A stretch of DNA of 64,000 nt from an uncultured Chroococcidiopsis sp. (GCA_964248365.1 CAXTYC010000009.1:1-64000), one strand, 5' to 3'. Counted from the stretch's first letter, positions 10,527-21,034 are shown. Made by a program: numbers and translations. Notes: generated by a model not told the origin, from the sequence alone.

Positions 10527-12752
10527 CTATGAGCCATTACAACTAGTAGACGTTAACCAAGGAATATCAGGCGTAGCAGTAGGAGGATTTGCCTCTAGGA
10601 TCACCTCACCCTTGGAACCTATCACCCACCCTTGAGCTTCCACAAGCGTAGTTGAGTCAGAATTTGTAGTATTATTACTCGGCATTTCCGCACGGGGACG
10701 ATTTTCTTCAGTAGGCACACCTGTGCCTAAATCTACCAAAGCGGTATCACTTCTAGTAGCTTCACTTGGAGTCGGTGGTAAGCCGCCCCGCCCCGTGGCA
10801 ACTAATTGACTAATTCCTTTCGCCAAATTATCGCCACTAGCAGAACAGCCAGAGGCAATTAGCCCACTAATATCAATAACTTGGGCTGGTAAGACAACTA
10901 AATTGGCATTGGGATCTATATCTGGTCGATTAATTTCTACCACTCCGTTTATACCCCGTTCAGAGTCGGCGCTGATTATACTATCTGGAGAAACAAAGAA
11001 TCCTTGGGTAGAAATTTGAATTCTACCACCCCTGCCCAGATTGGCTGTGGCTCTAATATTGCTTTTATCAGTAACAACTAATATATCTGTATCAATATTG
11101 ATATTGCGAGCATTACCTTCGCCGCCAGCGTTAGTAGATATTTCACTGTTGCCGCGTAATAGTAATAAATCTTGATTGTTTAGCGTTATCTTCCCGCCGC
11201 CTTTACCTGATCGGGTTTCAGCAGCAAGTTTTCCGCCGTTGTCCAGAAGGATGGATTTAGCTGTTACCTCTAGATTGCCTGTATCTCCTGTTCCTTGACT
11301 GCTGACAGAGGCGATCGCACCATCCCGAACAATCAGTTGCCCTGTGTTGATTTTTAAATTTCCTCCATTACCTGTGGCTTCTGCTTTGGTTCTGGAAAGC
11401 AAACCACTAGGAAATACTGAAGGAGACTCGGATTCTGATATTCCTGTCCCTGCTAATTCGACAGATTCAGGAGCATCTATGAACACATTTCCCCCATTAC
11501 CAGAACTTATTTCCGTAGAGCTATTTATTTGCCCTCCATTTCGGAGAATTAATCTCCCTGTTTTCACCTCTACGTTTCCGGCGTTCCCGCTGCCGAAAGT
11601 CTGAGTCGTTAGTTGGGTCAACTTCCCACTACCGTCTACCTCTACAGATTCAGGAGCATTCACACTTAAATTCCCTCCTTGCCCATCATTCTGAGTAGAG
11701 GCTGATATCGCTGATCCATCAAGGACAAGCAACCGTCTCGTCTCAATGTTTATCTCACCCGCCGCTCCGCTAGAGAAAGCCTCAGTATTTAAAAAGCTGC
11801 CACTACTTACTTCTACAGATTCAGACGCTTTTACTGCTAGATTTCCGCCTGGGTTAGCTCCGTAGTTCGATCCCGCTAGTTGTGAACCATCGGTGATTAC
11901 AATCTGTTTACCACGTAACTGCACATCCCCATTTCTTTCACCACTTTTACCACTCGTATCAACAATAGCCTGGGACAGTTGAATGTTTTGAAAGTTTTGT
12001 ACGCCTTCGTATCCTAAAGCCCAGCCTTCAGCGATTGGAGTCAAGCTAACGAGACTATTAGCCGCGACACTCCCTAACTCAACTCTTCCTCCTAGAGTAA
12101 ACAGTGTGCCTCCCTCTAGAAATACATCACCGCCTACTAAAGCTAAGGTTTTATTTGGCTGTACCTCAAGACCAACAGGAGACTCTCGCCCAGATTCAGG
12201 AAAAAAACGAGTTGCTTGGGATTGATTTTGGATAATTCCGGCACTCTGCCCAAATTGCAAACCCACTGGTACACTCACGGTAAGCAGAGGCGAGGTTTGT
12301 GGCTCAGTAGCACTGAAAAAGTTGCCATCAGCAAAGTTGAGGCGATTGGCTGTACTGGCGATAAAGGAACCCCTAATATCCAGTTTGGCATCACGTCCAA
12401 AAATAATCCCGTTTGGGTTGAGTAGAAATAAGTTGGCACTGCCGTTAGCTCGTATTAAACCATCAATGTTAGAAATAGAGCTACCCGTTACTCGGCTGAT
12501 TATGTTTTGAACATCTAAGGCATTGTTGAAGGTAGCTGAACCACCCGTAGGTACAGAAAAATCACGAAAGCTATGGAAAAGGTTACCTCCGGCTCGATTG
12601 CCGCCATTAATACTAAAGTTGCGGTTATCCTTTGTGGTTACATCGGTAGATAATGTTCCATCGCTAGTAACTTGCGCCTGAATCGGTGTCGTCGTAGCTA
12701 GACAGTAGAGAACTGCACAGGCAAGACAGAGTTGGTAAGTAGGCTTGTTCAT
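10527..12752 (-). CDS. Filamentous haemagglutinin-family TpsA exoprotein
   Basis: Signal peptide, TPS domain NLFHSF..NLFLLNPNGIIFG, GxAGxI beta-helix repeats, cyanobacterial C-terminal GRGGLP..EAQGW motif. Confidence 0.92.
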   Translation of the reverse strand: MNKPTYQLCLACAVLYCLATTTPIQAQVTSDGTLSTDVTTKDNRNFSINGGNRAGGNLFHSFRDFSVPTGGSATFNNALDVQNIISRVTGSSISNIDGLIRANGSANLFLLNPNGIIFGRDAKLDIRGSFIASTANRLNFADGNFFSATEPQTSPLLTVSVPVGLQFGQSAGIIQNQSQATRFFPESGRESPVGLEVQPNKTLALVGGDVFLEGGTLFTLGGRVELGSVAANSLVSLTPIAEGWALGYEGVQNFQNIQLSQAIVDTSGKSGERNGDVQLRGKQIVITDGSQLAGSNYGANPGGNLAVKASESVEVSSGSFLNTEAFSSGAAGEINIETRRLLVLDGSAISASTQNDGQGGNLSVNAPESVEVDGSGKLTQLTTQTFGSGNAGNVEVKTGRLILRNGGQINSSTEISSGNGGNVFIDAPESVELAGTGISESESPSVFPSGLLSRTKAEATGNGGNLKINTGQLIVRDGAIASVSSQGTGDTGNLEVTAKSILLDNGGKLAAETRSGKGGGKITLNNQDLLLLRGNSEISTNAGGEGNARNINIDTDILVVTDKSNIRATANLGRGGRIQISTQGFFVSPDSIISADSERGINGVVEINRPDIDPNANLVVLPAQVIDISGLIASGCSASGDNLAKGISQLVATGRGGLPPTPSEATRSDTALVDLGTGVPTEENRPRAEMPSNNTTNSDSTTLVEAQGWVIGSKGEVILEANPPTATPDIPWLTSTSCNGS

Positions 12753-12960
12753 AGGTATGGGACTGACGCATCCTTAAAAGAATACGTAATCTTGAATATA
12801 GCTGGTTTTTCAGTAAGGGTAGATTTTTCAGTATTTACTTGAAAAACAGGCTTGGGGAAACTAGTTAATACAGCACTTCCACAAGCCAAAAAATATGGTC
12901 AAAAGTTCAAGTGGAGAGTATGCCAACAATATTTTTATCAAATACTATCCCTTTATTTCA

Positions 12961-13476
12961 TCAACTACTACACCGATAACAAATCTGTTGCCCGCCACTC
13001 CATGCCCATCGTCCAAGCTGTGTGCTGCCACTGTTAGGAGGACACGGTTGACAGTCTCCAGGACCCAACAACATTAGCTTTGGCTGTTCATCAAATTGGA
13101 ATATTTCTCTAAGTCTTTCCTCTAGCTGATTTCCCTCTTTTCTGGTTTCCAAATTTCCAAATTCAGCCCTGGCTTCTCTAAGCAAGCAATCTGCTAACTC
13201 AGCCTTTGCTACTATTAGTACTTCAGAATCACGAGTTGCTATTGCCCGTTCAATCGCTTTTGTATAGTTTTCTTTTGCTTGGCTAAAGTCTTCTTTAATT
13301 TCAACAATCGATTTATTTTTGTAGATATCTGCAAGAGTGAGAGCAAATAAAGCTGATGTTTGACATCCAGAATTGTTTACTTTCTCTAGTGTTTGAATTG
13401 CTTCTTCAATTTTATCAGTCTCTATTAACTGTTTGGCAGTAGATAAAAGTTCAGCTTCGTTTATTTGAGCGTTCAT
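12961..13476 (-). CDS. Hypothetical TPR-like protein with C-terminal CxxC..CxxC tail
   Basis: Strong SD AAGGAG upstream of the ATG at 13476; TPR-like helices; tail CQPCPPNSGSTQLGRWAWSGGQQICYRCSS. Confidence 0.7.
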   Translation of the reverse strand: MNAQINEAELLSTAKQLIETDKIEEAIQTLEKVNNSGCQTSALFALTLADIYKNKSIVEIKEDFSQAKENYTKAIERAIATRDSEVLIVAKAELADCLLREARAEFGNLETRKEGNQLEERLREIFQFDEQPKLMLLGPGDCQPCPPNSGSTQLGRWAWSGGQQICYRCSS

Positions 13477-14067
13477 CAAATTGTCTCCTTAAATAGATAG
13501 TCTAGAAACGGATAGTTTAGAGCAAGAACATTATTTTATTAGCAATCAACTCAGTAAGCAATTTCCTAGATTTTTCTAAAAAAATGCCTAAAATAGTAAG
13601 GGTAGCAAGGATGATTTCGCCTGAAATACTTGCATTAATCAAATAGAAATCAGAATCAGCTACCACTTTGCTTTTATAGTCTGCTCTTGCACTAATAATT
13701 GAACTCAAAAAAAATACATTCAATTCCAGAAAAATGTGAAATATTTTTTTGGTTGAAGAACTCTCGCCCAGATTGCGGCTAACCTAAATTTTGCCTCATC
13801 AAAAGCAAAATCTATTATTGAACTACAAGTACACCAAAGCTATAGCATGATAATACCATCCCAAAGATAGAAGACAAGTAAAAAAATTAATATTATTAGG
13901 ATTCCAGAAAATAAAGGTTAATTTTGATGCTAGCCACAGTAGGAAACAAGCCTTGCCAACAGAGGCAAATACTTGTAAATAATTGCTTTGCGAGCAAAGC
14001 AAGCAGTTCCTACAGCCCAAACATCATTATTCGATCGCATCACCACAAGTAATCAATCCAAAACGAG

Positions 14068-15300
14068 TTAAGCTGTACCCACAGCTTCGATCGCAGCTTC
14101 CAAAGCGATCGCTACATGAGTCCAATGAGTCCCCCCTTGACAAAAAACCACATATGGTTCTCGCAATGGACCATCAGCAGAAAACTCCGACGTACTACCA
14201 TCGATAAACGTCCCTCCAGCCATCACTAAATGGCTCTCGTAACCAGGCATTTCCGCTGGGATGGGGTCTAGATAGGAACCTACGGGTGAATGCTGTTGAA
14301 TCGCTCGACAGAAGGCAATCAGCTTTTGTGGCGAACCCAATTGGATCGCCTGAATCACATCTCGTCGAGGTTCCATCGGTAGCGGTTTGACCGGATAGCC
14401 AAGTTTGTCAAATACATAAGCTGTCAGATGATTTCCCTTCATCGCCTCGCCCACCATTTGGGGGGCGAGAAATAGCCCTTGAAATAGCAGCCGATTTTGA
14501 TCGAATGTCGCACCGCCAGAACTACCAATTCCTGGCGCTGTAAGGCGACAAGTAGCGGATTCCACCAAGTCGGCTCTACCAGCAACGTAACCGCCTGCTG
14601 TCACAATTGTGCCACCAGGATTTTTAATCAAAGACCCAGCAATCAAATCAGCACCAACGGCGGTTGGTTCTCGATCTTCAATGAATTCGCCGTAGCAGTT
14701 ATCAACAAAACAAATTGTGTTGGGGTTTTGCTGTTTAACGATATGGATAATCTTCTCAATATCAGCAATTGAAAGGCTAGAACGCCAGGAATAACCACAG
14801 GAACGCTGAATTGATACCAAGCGTGTGCGAGCGCTTACCGCCTCCCCCAAAGCTGCCCAATCTATATTTCCTTCCTCAGTTAGATCCAATTGGCGGTAAC
14901 TAATGCCAAACTCAATCAAAGAACCTTGACCATTACCTCTTATACCAATAACTTCTTCTAGCGTGTCGTAGGGCGCACCTGCTACGGCTAACATTTCATC
15001 TCCAGGGCGGAGAACACCAAACAAAGCACAAGCGATCGCATGAGTACCAGACACAAACTGGACTCTTACTGCTGCTGAGTGTGCCTGCATTACCTCGGCA
15101 TAGACCTGATCCAAAGTCTGACGACCTAAATCATCATGTCCATAACCACTGACAGAGGAAAAATGATGCGCTCCCACGCGATGGTTATGAAACGCTTTCA
15201 ACACACGTTTGAGATTTTGCTTGACTGAAGCGTCAATTCCAGAAAAAATCAGAAATAGTGCCTGTTCTGCTAAGCGCAGCTCATCAAAGCTGTTTATCAT
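14068..15300 (-). CDS. PLP-dependent methionine gamma-lyase family / aluminium-resistance (YnbB-like) protein
   Basis: GYGHDDLGR, FVSGTHAI, DNCYGEF and GSLIKNPGG motifs. Confidence 0.9.
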   Translation of the reverse strand: MINSFDELRLAEQALFLIFSGIDASVKQNLKRVLKAFHNHRVGAHHFSSVSGYGHDDLGRQTLDQVYAEVMQAHSAAVRVQFVSGTHAIACALFGVLRPGDEMLAVAGAPYDTLEEVIGIRGNGQGSLIEFGISYRQLDLTEEGNIDWAALGEAVSARTRLVSIQRSCGYSWRSSLSIADIEKIIHIVKQQNPNTICFVDNCYGEFIEDREPTAVGADLIAGSLIKNPGGTIVTAGGYVAGRADLVESATCRLTAPGIGSSGGATFDQNRLLFQGLFLAPQMVGEAMKGNHLTAYVFDKLGYPVKPLPMEPRRDVIQAIQLGSPQKLIAFCRAIQQHSPVGSYLDPIPAEMPGYESHLVMAGGTFIDGSTSEFSADGPLREPYVVFCQGGTHWTHVAIALEAAIEAVGTA

Positions 15301-15378
15301 TAAGTCTTTCGCTATTTAACTAGGTAGATTTGTGATTTTGGCAGATTAAGGCTTGAGTATTTGAATTTAGGTTATTGC

Positions 15379-16191
15379 ATGACGATTGCCTCATCAACCA
15401 TAACCCCCTTAAAGTGGGTAAACATCCTTCCTCTAGCTGGACTCCACATCGGAGCGCTTCTTGCCCTAATTCCTGGTAACACTAACTGGAGAGCAGTAGG
15501 TGTAGCTTTGTTTCTCTATTGGGTGACAGGCGGTTTGGGAATTACCCTAGGATTTCACCGCCTTGTCACTCACCGCAGTTTTCAAACTTCCAAGTGGCTG
15601 GAATATTTTCTAGTATTTTGCGGTACTCTTGCCCTTCAAGGTGGACCATTTGACTGGGTAGGGATGCACCGCATCCATCATTTGCACTCAGACCAAGAAC
15701 CTGATCCCCATGATTCCAATCGGGGTTTTTATTGGAGTCACTTGGGTTGGATGCTTCATCAAGCACCCGCTCAATCTGAAATTCCTCGTTTTACAAAAGA
15801 CATTGCAGACGATCCAGTTTATCATTTTTTTCAAAATTATATGGTTCATATCCAGGTAGCTCTGGGTGTCGTACTCTTGCTTCTGGGTGGCTGGTCGTTT
15901 GTGATTTGGGGAATTTTTGTCCGCGCCGTCGTAGTCTATCACTGCACTTGGCTAGTTAATAGCGCCACTCATAAATTTGGTTATCGCACCCACGAATCAA
16001 GTGATAAGTCAACTAACTGCTGGTGGGTAGCTTTACTTGTCTTCGGCGAAGGTTGGCACAACAACCACCATGCTTATCAATACTCTGCCCGTCATGGTTT
16101 GCAGTGGTGGGAATTTGATCTCACATGGATCACCATTCGATTACTTCAATCCCTAGGTTTAGCCTGGAATGTGAAACTGGCAGAGAAATAA
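15379..16191 (+). CDS. desC: Delta-9 acyl-lipid desaturase
   Basis: His boxes HRLVTH, HRIHH and GEGWHNNHH; NSATH. Confidence 0.9.
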   Translation: MTIASSTITPLKWVNILPLAGLHIGALLALIPGNTNWRAVGVALFLYWVTGGLGITLGFHRLVTHRSFQTSKWLEYFLVFCGTLALQGGPFDWVGMHRIHHLHSDQEPDPHDSNRGFYWSHLGWMLHQAPAQSEIPRFTKDIADDPVYHFFQNYMVHIQVALGVVLLLLGGWSFVIWGIFVRAVVVYHCTWLVNSATHKFGYRTHESSDKSTNCWWVALLVFGEGWHNNHHAYQYSARHGLQWWEFDLTWITIRLLQSLGLAWNVKLAEK

Positions 16192-16352
16192 ACAGAGGGG
16201 CTAGGGGCGCTATAGCTAGGGGCTAGGGGCTAGAAGAGGGCAGGGGGGCAGAATTGTTAATTTATACTTTTTGCTTTCCCCTTTCCCCTTTTCCCTTTCG
16301 CCTTGTCCCCTTGTCTTCCTCCCTAGCCCCCAGTCCCTAACCCCTAACCCCT

Positions 16353-17618
16353 CTAGAATCGTCCATTCCCCTGTACGATATGCTTGACAGTGGTTAGTGA
16401 TTCTGGGCTAATCAGTCCTCGGCGATGTCCTTTTTGATTAGACATCCCTAAAAATACTGATTCTCCCCGCGAAGGATTACGGGAGAAGCGGGGGGAAGAG
16501 TTGATATAGGTACAGGCGCTATTCACGCCCAAGGCAAAATGACGGCTTTCTTGGTAGGATTCGGTAACAATACAGTCAGCGTGTCCGCTACTATGGTGAT
16601 TAATCCAGGCGATCGCTGCTTCTAAGTTATCAACTACCTTGAAAGCCACTGTTTTGTTTAAATAAGGTTGACACCACTCGGAGTCCTGAGCTAGTCGTAT
16701 ATGGGGAAACTCCTCTATTAATTCGCTATCTCCCTTAATTTGAAAGCCCTTTTCTTGCAAGCCGTTCCATAAAGTAGCCAGGGATGAGGGATTAGCTGTG
16801 CGATGAACTAACACCTTTTCAATCGCGTTTACTGGGTCTGGTTCGCTTGCATGGCTATCCAAAATCATCCAACGAGCCATATCTATGCTGCCGGAAAGTG
16901 ACCAGTAAAGGTAACAGTTACCCATTGCTGATTTTAAAACTGGTGCTGTTGCCTGTCGCACTACTTGCTGCACTAGGCTGGGACGACCATAGGGAATTAC
17001 TAGATTGACGTAAGAGTCTTGGGTGACTAAATCCTTAATTAGACCCCCTTGCTCTGCCTCTATAATTTCTAGACAGCCAGGAGGCATCCCTGTTTCCTCC
17101 AAAGCTGACTGAAGGATTTGGGCAATTACAGCGTTGGAATGGCTTGTTTCACCGCCACCTTTGAGAACTAGGCTGTTACCAGTTTTGATACATAAACCCG
17201 CTGCTATTGCTCCTAGCTCTGGAAAAGCTTCGTAAACTAAGGCAATTACTCCCAGTGGCATTAGCTGGCAGTAAGTCTGGGAATCTTCAAGTTGGTAGTC
17301 AGCGTGTCTGATTCGCCGCAAGGGATCAGATAACTCTCCCAGCCGTTGCAGAATCTCTACTGTCGTCTGGAGTCGCTCTGGAGTCAGCTTCAGCCAATCT
17401 AGAATTAGCTCTGGCACTGCCATTTCGCGGCTGGCTTCTAAATCTAGTGTGTTCGCTTCCAGAATGTCATTAAATGAGTACTTCAGCGCTTGTGCCATTT
17501 GCCTGACAGCGCGACTTCGGTCTGCTCCCTTGGTGATAGCCAATTTTATGGAAGCTCGATAAGCGCTGCGTACAGTAGCGACTAAGCTTGGTGTGGCATT
17601 AAAAGCATCAACTGTCAT
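16353..17618 (-). CDS. Glutamate-5-semialdehyde dehydrogenase-like paralog (ProA family, catalytic Cys absent)
   Basis: PLGVIALVYE, KTGNSLVLKGG and HHSSGHADCIVT motifs; DPVNAIE in place of the canonical xCNAxE. Confidence 0.85.
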   Translation of the reverse strand: MTVDAFNATPSLVATVRSAYRASIKLAITKGADRSRAVRQMAQALKYSFNDILEANTLDLEASREMAVPELILDWLKLTPERLQTTVEILQRLGELSDPLRRIRHADYQLEDSQTYCQLMPLGVIALVYEAFPELGAIAAGLCIKTGNSLVLKGGGETSHSNAVIAQILQSALEETGMPPGCLEIIEAEQGGLIKDLVTQDSYVNLVIPYGRPSLVQQVVRQATAPVLKSAMGNCYLYWSLSGSIDMARWMILDSHASEPDPVNAIEKVLVHRTANPSSLATLWNGLQEKGFQIKGDSELIEEFPHIRLAQDSEWCQPYLNKTVAFKVVDNLEAAIAWINHHSSGHADCIVTESYQESRHFALGVNSACTYINSSPRFSRNPSRGESVFLGMSNQKGHRRGLISPESLTTVKHIVQGNGRF

Positions 17619-17622
17619 CGAC

Positions 17623-18048
17623 TTAACGTCTGTAAGTTAGCCAGAACATCAATGCTGGCAGGATGGCAAACAAAACCGCCAATAGTGCCAAGATTAGTAT
17701 ATTGGCATGATTAGGCGATCGCAGTGCTAGGGGAAGCCAGAAAATCAGCAGCCCAAATACTATTAACAGAGCAAATGGAAAATAGTTTTGCCCCAATCGA
17801 GACTGAGCTACGTTCCAGCGGTTTCCCATCCAACGCCAAGCTTTTTTATACGGATAGCTTGTAGATAGTTGCTCTAGTACGTACCCATTATCTTCTACTA
17901 CAAACAATTGCTGACAGCGATCGCAACCAAATGCTTCTGTCAGGGTAATCGGAACTAAGCGACCATGCCGACGGCAAGGACACGGGTACTCTAAACTTAA
18001 ATCTATTTTTTGGGTCTTTGGAGGTTGCACAAGCAGTCGTAGAACCAA
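17623..18048 (-). CDS. Conserved cyanobacterial Zn-ribbon membrane protein
   Basis: YPCPC..LTEAFGCDRC and two C-terminal TM helices. The exact start is uncertain. Confidence 0.7.
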   Translation of the reverse strand: MVLRLLVQPPKTQKIDLSLEYPCPCRRHGRLVPITLTEAFGCDRCQQLFVVEDNGYVLEQLSTSYPYKKAWRWMGNRWNVAQSRLGQNYFPFALLIVFGLLIFWLPLALRSPNHANILILALLAVLFAILPALMFWLTYRR

Positions 18049-18367
18049 ACAGCTGGTTATCCTACGAGTTTATCCAAAACCTACCTGTCTGACCAAGTAC
18101 TTATCCATTTTTCCAAAATTTTCACTTTTAAGTTTACCTTAGCTTTATTCCTTGACAAAATAATTAGTAATTTATAACTCATAATTCATATTTGATTTAG
18201 GTTGGCTGCCTATCTCCTGCAAGGAGAGGAAGAACATAAATGCGACCATTGTGTCAAGTCTTTGGGTATATAAATCTATGCAAGAGGTGATACAAAAGTA
18301 GTCTTGATCAAAGTCACCCTTCACAGCCGTGCTTTTACGCCAGGAATATAGGACAGGAAAACCTCGA

Positions 18368-19354
18368 TTAACCGCCAATTTGTGACATGGTTCTGGCATA
18401 GGCTCCTGTTGTACCTGACTGCCGTTGTTTGAAATTAATTTCTGGTTTCATTACCAGCAACTGGCTTACTTGTTCCCTGATGTGTGCTATGTTAACCCCA
18501 GCGCGCAGTTGTGTTTTTAAGTCAATTTGATTGCTTTCATTTAATAAACAGGGACGCAACCAACCATCGGCTGACAAGCGCATTCGGTTACAGCGATCGC
18601 AAAAACATTCCGACATCTGGCTAATAAATCCTAGCGTGCCTTTTGCACCTGGAATTTGAAAGATATCAGCAGGACCATTACCACGAACTTGGGATTCTGT
18701 CAAGCCAAAAGCCTCACCGATACGTTGGCGTAAAAGAGCGGAAGCTACCCAACCCTTGTCGCCAAACAGGTCAGAATTACCAATCGGCATAAATTCAATA
18801 AACCGGACGTGCCATTCACGGTCAATTGTCAGGGCGGCAAGATCTAGTATTTCATGGTCATTCACACCAGGAATCACGACTACATTCAGCTTCAGGGGGT
18901 CAAATCCTACGCGATGGGCAGTTTGAATACCATCCCAGACTTGCTGCCAACGGGAACGACCGCGATTACCAATAATAGAGTCAAAGGTGTCAGGAGCGAG
19001 AGAATCAAGGCTAATATTAACCCGCCGCAGCCCAGCATCATAGAGGTCTTGCGCCATACCAGCTAGTAAAAATCCATTTGTGGTCATGGCAAGATCTTGA
19101 GTTTGGGGGAGGGATGCGATCGCTCTTACCAATTCCACCACAGAGGGACGCAACAACGGTTCACCCCCAGTCAAGCGAAACCGTGTAAAACCAACTGGGA
19201 TAAATACCTCTCGAATTAGGGTTAACAGTTCGTCAAAAGTCAATAACTGTTGCCGCAGAACATATTCTAGGTCAGAGCCTTCAGGCATACAATACTGACA
19301 CCGGAAATTGCAGCGATCAATTAAGCTAATCCGCAGGTAGTCTACTTGGTTCAT
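18368..19354 (-). CDS. moaA: GTP 3',8-cyclase
   Basis: [17 protein letters not shown] radical-SAM motif, [13 protein letters not shown]-terminal MSQIGG. Confidence 0.97.
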   Translation of the reverse strand: MNQVDYLRISLIDRCNFRCQYCMPEGSDLEYVLRQQLLTFDELLTLIREVFIPVGFTRFRLTGGEPLLRPSVVELVRAIASLPQTQDLAMTTNGFLLAGMAQDLYDAGLRRVNISLDSLAPDTFDSIIGNRGRSRWQQVWDGIQTAHRVGFDPLKLNVVVIPGVNDHEILDLAALTIDREWHVRFIEFMPIGNSDLFGDKGWVASALLRQRIGEAFGLTESQVRGNGPADIFQIPGAKGTLGFISQMSECFCDRCNRMRLSADGWLRPCLLNESNQIDLKTQLRAGVNIAHIREQVSQLLVMKPEINFKQRQSGTTGAYARTMSQIGG

Positions 19355-19363
19355 TAGCAAGTG

Positions 19364-19572
19364 AGGGGCTAGGGGCTAGGGGCTAGAGGCTAGAGGCTAG
19401 AGGAACCAGAAAAAAGGGTAAAGGGTAAAGGTTGAAGGGTAAAGGTTGAAGGGTAAAGAGGTATTGCGGTAAAGGGTAAAGGTAATTGCGAATGCGCGAC
19501 TTCCCCCTCTCCCACTCTCCCCCTCTCCCCTTTGCTTCCCCTAACCCCTAGCCCCTAGCCCCTAGCCCCTCT
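19364..19572. repeat. STRR heptamer mosaic (representative; similar tracts at ~5400-5530, 16195-16352, 52163-52415, 55580-55730, 60135-60325)
   Basis: (GGGGCTA)n, (AAGGGTA)n, (CCCCTAG)n. Confidence 0.85.
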
Positions 19573-19573
19573 T

Positions 19574-21034
19574 CTATTGTGCAGAATTTGCGCTAGTTAC
19601 TGCATGAACGGGTGTACACTTGTGCTTATTACCAAAAAGATGGCGGAGCGAATGCATTACTGACTGGCTGCGTGGTTCTTTAACAAAGATCAAGGGTAAG
19701 AGAGCAAATAAGCGCACACCCGTTGAGATTAGAAATACTCCAGATAAGCCACCGATCACGCCTAGCTGTGCCAGTTCACCACCTGCTGTTGTTCCCAAAG
19801 CCCCACATACACCACTAACAGCAGCAGCGATCGCAAAGTAGCTAGAAGGATGTTCAGTTGGGGCAACTTCCATTTGAATATTACTGCTGCACAAGTCGAT
19901 TGCCGCCCACATAGCGCCTTTAAGCAAGTGAATCAGCGGTAGCCACAGCCAAATAGAAAGCTCGTCATTTCCAATTCCTAGCCAGAATAAGGGTAGCAAT
20001 GCTACCACAGTACCCACCAAAACCAGCAGCGGACGATTTCCCAGCCGATCTGCTACTTTACCCCAAATCACCAGCATTACCAGGTTTGCCCCAGCGTGTA
20101 TACTTGTATACACAGATACCCAGTTCAGGTCTAAACCCAAATTATCTAGTAGGTACAGATTATAAAAAGGGATAATCAAGTTAACTGCAAATGTCCATAG
20201 CCCAAAATAGAGCAGAAACTTTAAGAAATTTGAGTCCTTGAGAAAGCCGAATACGGGGCGTTGATGGGAAGCATCTTCAACTGATTTGAGATTCGGCTTT
20301 GACCGAGACAGAACAGATGGTTGTGGCTGCTGGGGGTTGATATCTGCCATGAAATACTGACATCCCAGACTGACTATCCCTGCTACGATTCCCAGCACTA
20401 AGACCACACCGTAGCCCCCAATTGTACCAGTGGGCCAAGCTGATACAGCAAATCCGAACAGCGGCACACTAATTAGAGTTGTCAAACTAGCGGCACTATT
20501 ACGCAAACCAAAATATCTACCGCGTAACCGATGGGGAACTAGTGCTGCCATCCAGCTAAACCAACAGGAGCTGCCCAAGGAGCCAAGAATGTTGGAAACA
20601 AAAACTATTCCAAGAGTCCAGCTAACCAGCTGATGTGGGTTAGTACCAGACCAACTAACCCAGCCAATTGAGAGAGCTAAAATCAGCCATAGTAGGCGAG
20701 AAGGACCAAAGATCCATAAACAATAATAATGGCGGCTTGTGCTGCGTTCAGCGAAATATGCTCCCAGAGGTTGTAATAAGTTCATCAACATGGGAATCGA
20801 GGAAAGCATACCAACTTCTAGTGGGCTTGCGCCAAGCTGGAGCAAAAAGTTAGTGAGTAATACACCGCTAGTAATGCTCGAAAAGATTACGGCAAAGACT
20901 CCATCTATGGTTGATGCCTTGAGGCTAGTCCGAATTACTGGCTTGGAAATTTGCGGCGGCTGTGAAACTGCTAAGGCTCCCGATGCCGCTTGAGGTTGAG
21001 TAATGTTTAAAGCTGGGGCAGATAAAATTTCCAC
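19574..21034 (-). CDS. MFS transporter
   Basis: About 12 hydrophobic segments; WGKVADRLGNR loop motif; RGRYFG. Confidence 0.88.
   Translation of the reverse strand: MEILSAPALNITQPQAASGALAVSQPPQISKPVIRTSLKASTIDGVFAVIFSSITSGVLLTNFLLQLGASPLEVGMLSSIPMLMNLLQPLGAYFAERSTSRHYYCLWIFGPSRLLWLILALSIGWVSWSGTNPHQLVSWTLGIVFVSNILGSLGSSCWFSWMAALVPHRLRGRYFGLRNSAASLTTLISVPLFGFAVSAWPTGTIGGYGVVLVLGIVAGIVSLGCQYFMADINPQQPQPSVLSRSKPNLKSVEDASHQRPVFGFLKDSNFLKFLLYFGLWTFAVNLIIPFYNLYLLDNLGLDLNWVSVYTSIHAGANLVMLVIWGKVADRLGNRPLLVLVGTVVALLPLFWLGIGNDELSIWLWLPLIHLLKGAMWAAIDLCSSNIQMEVAPTEHPSSYFAIAAAVSGVCGALGTTAGGELAQLGVIGGLSGVFLISTGVRLFALLPLIFVKEPRSQSVMHSLRHLFGNKHKCTPVHAVTSANSAQ

Noticed and set aside
13517..14020. Two short hydrophobic ORFs upstream of the TPR-CxxC gene
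   Set aside because: TTG starts, AT-rich, no recognisable motif; they cannot be supported as genes.
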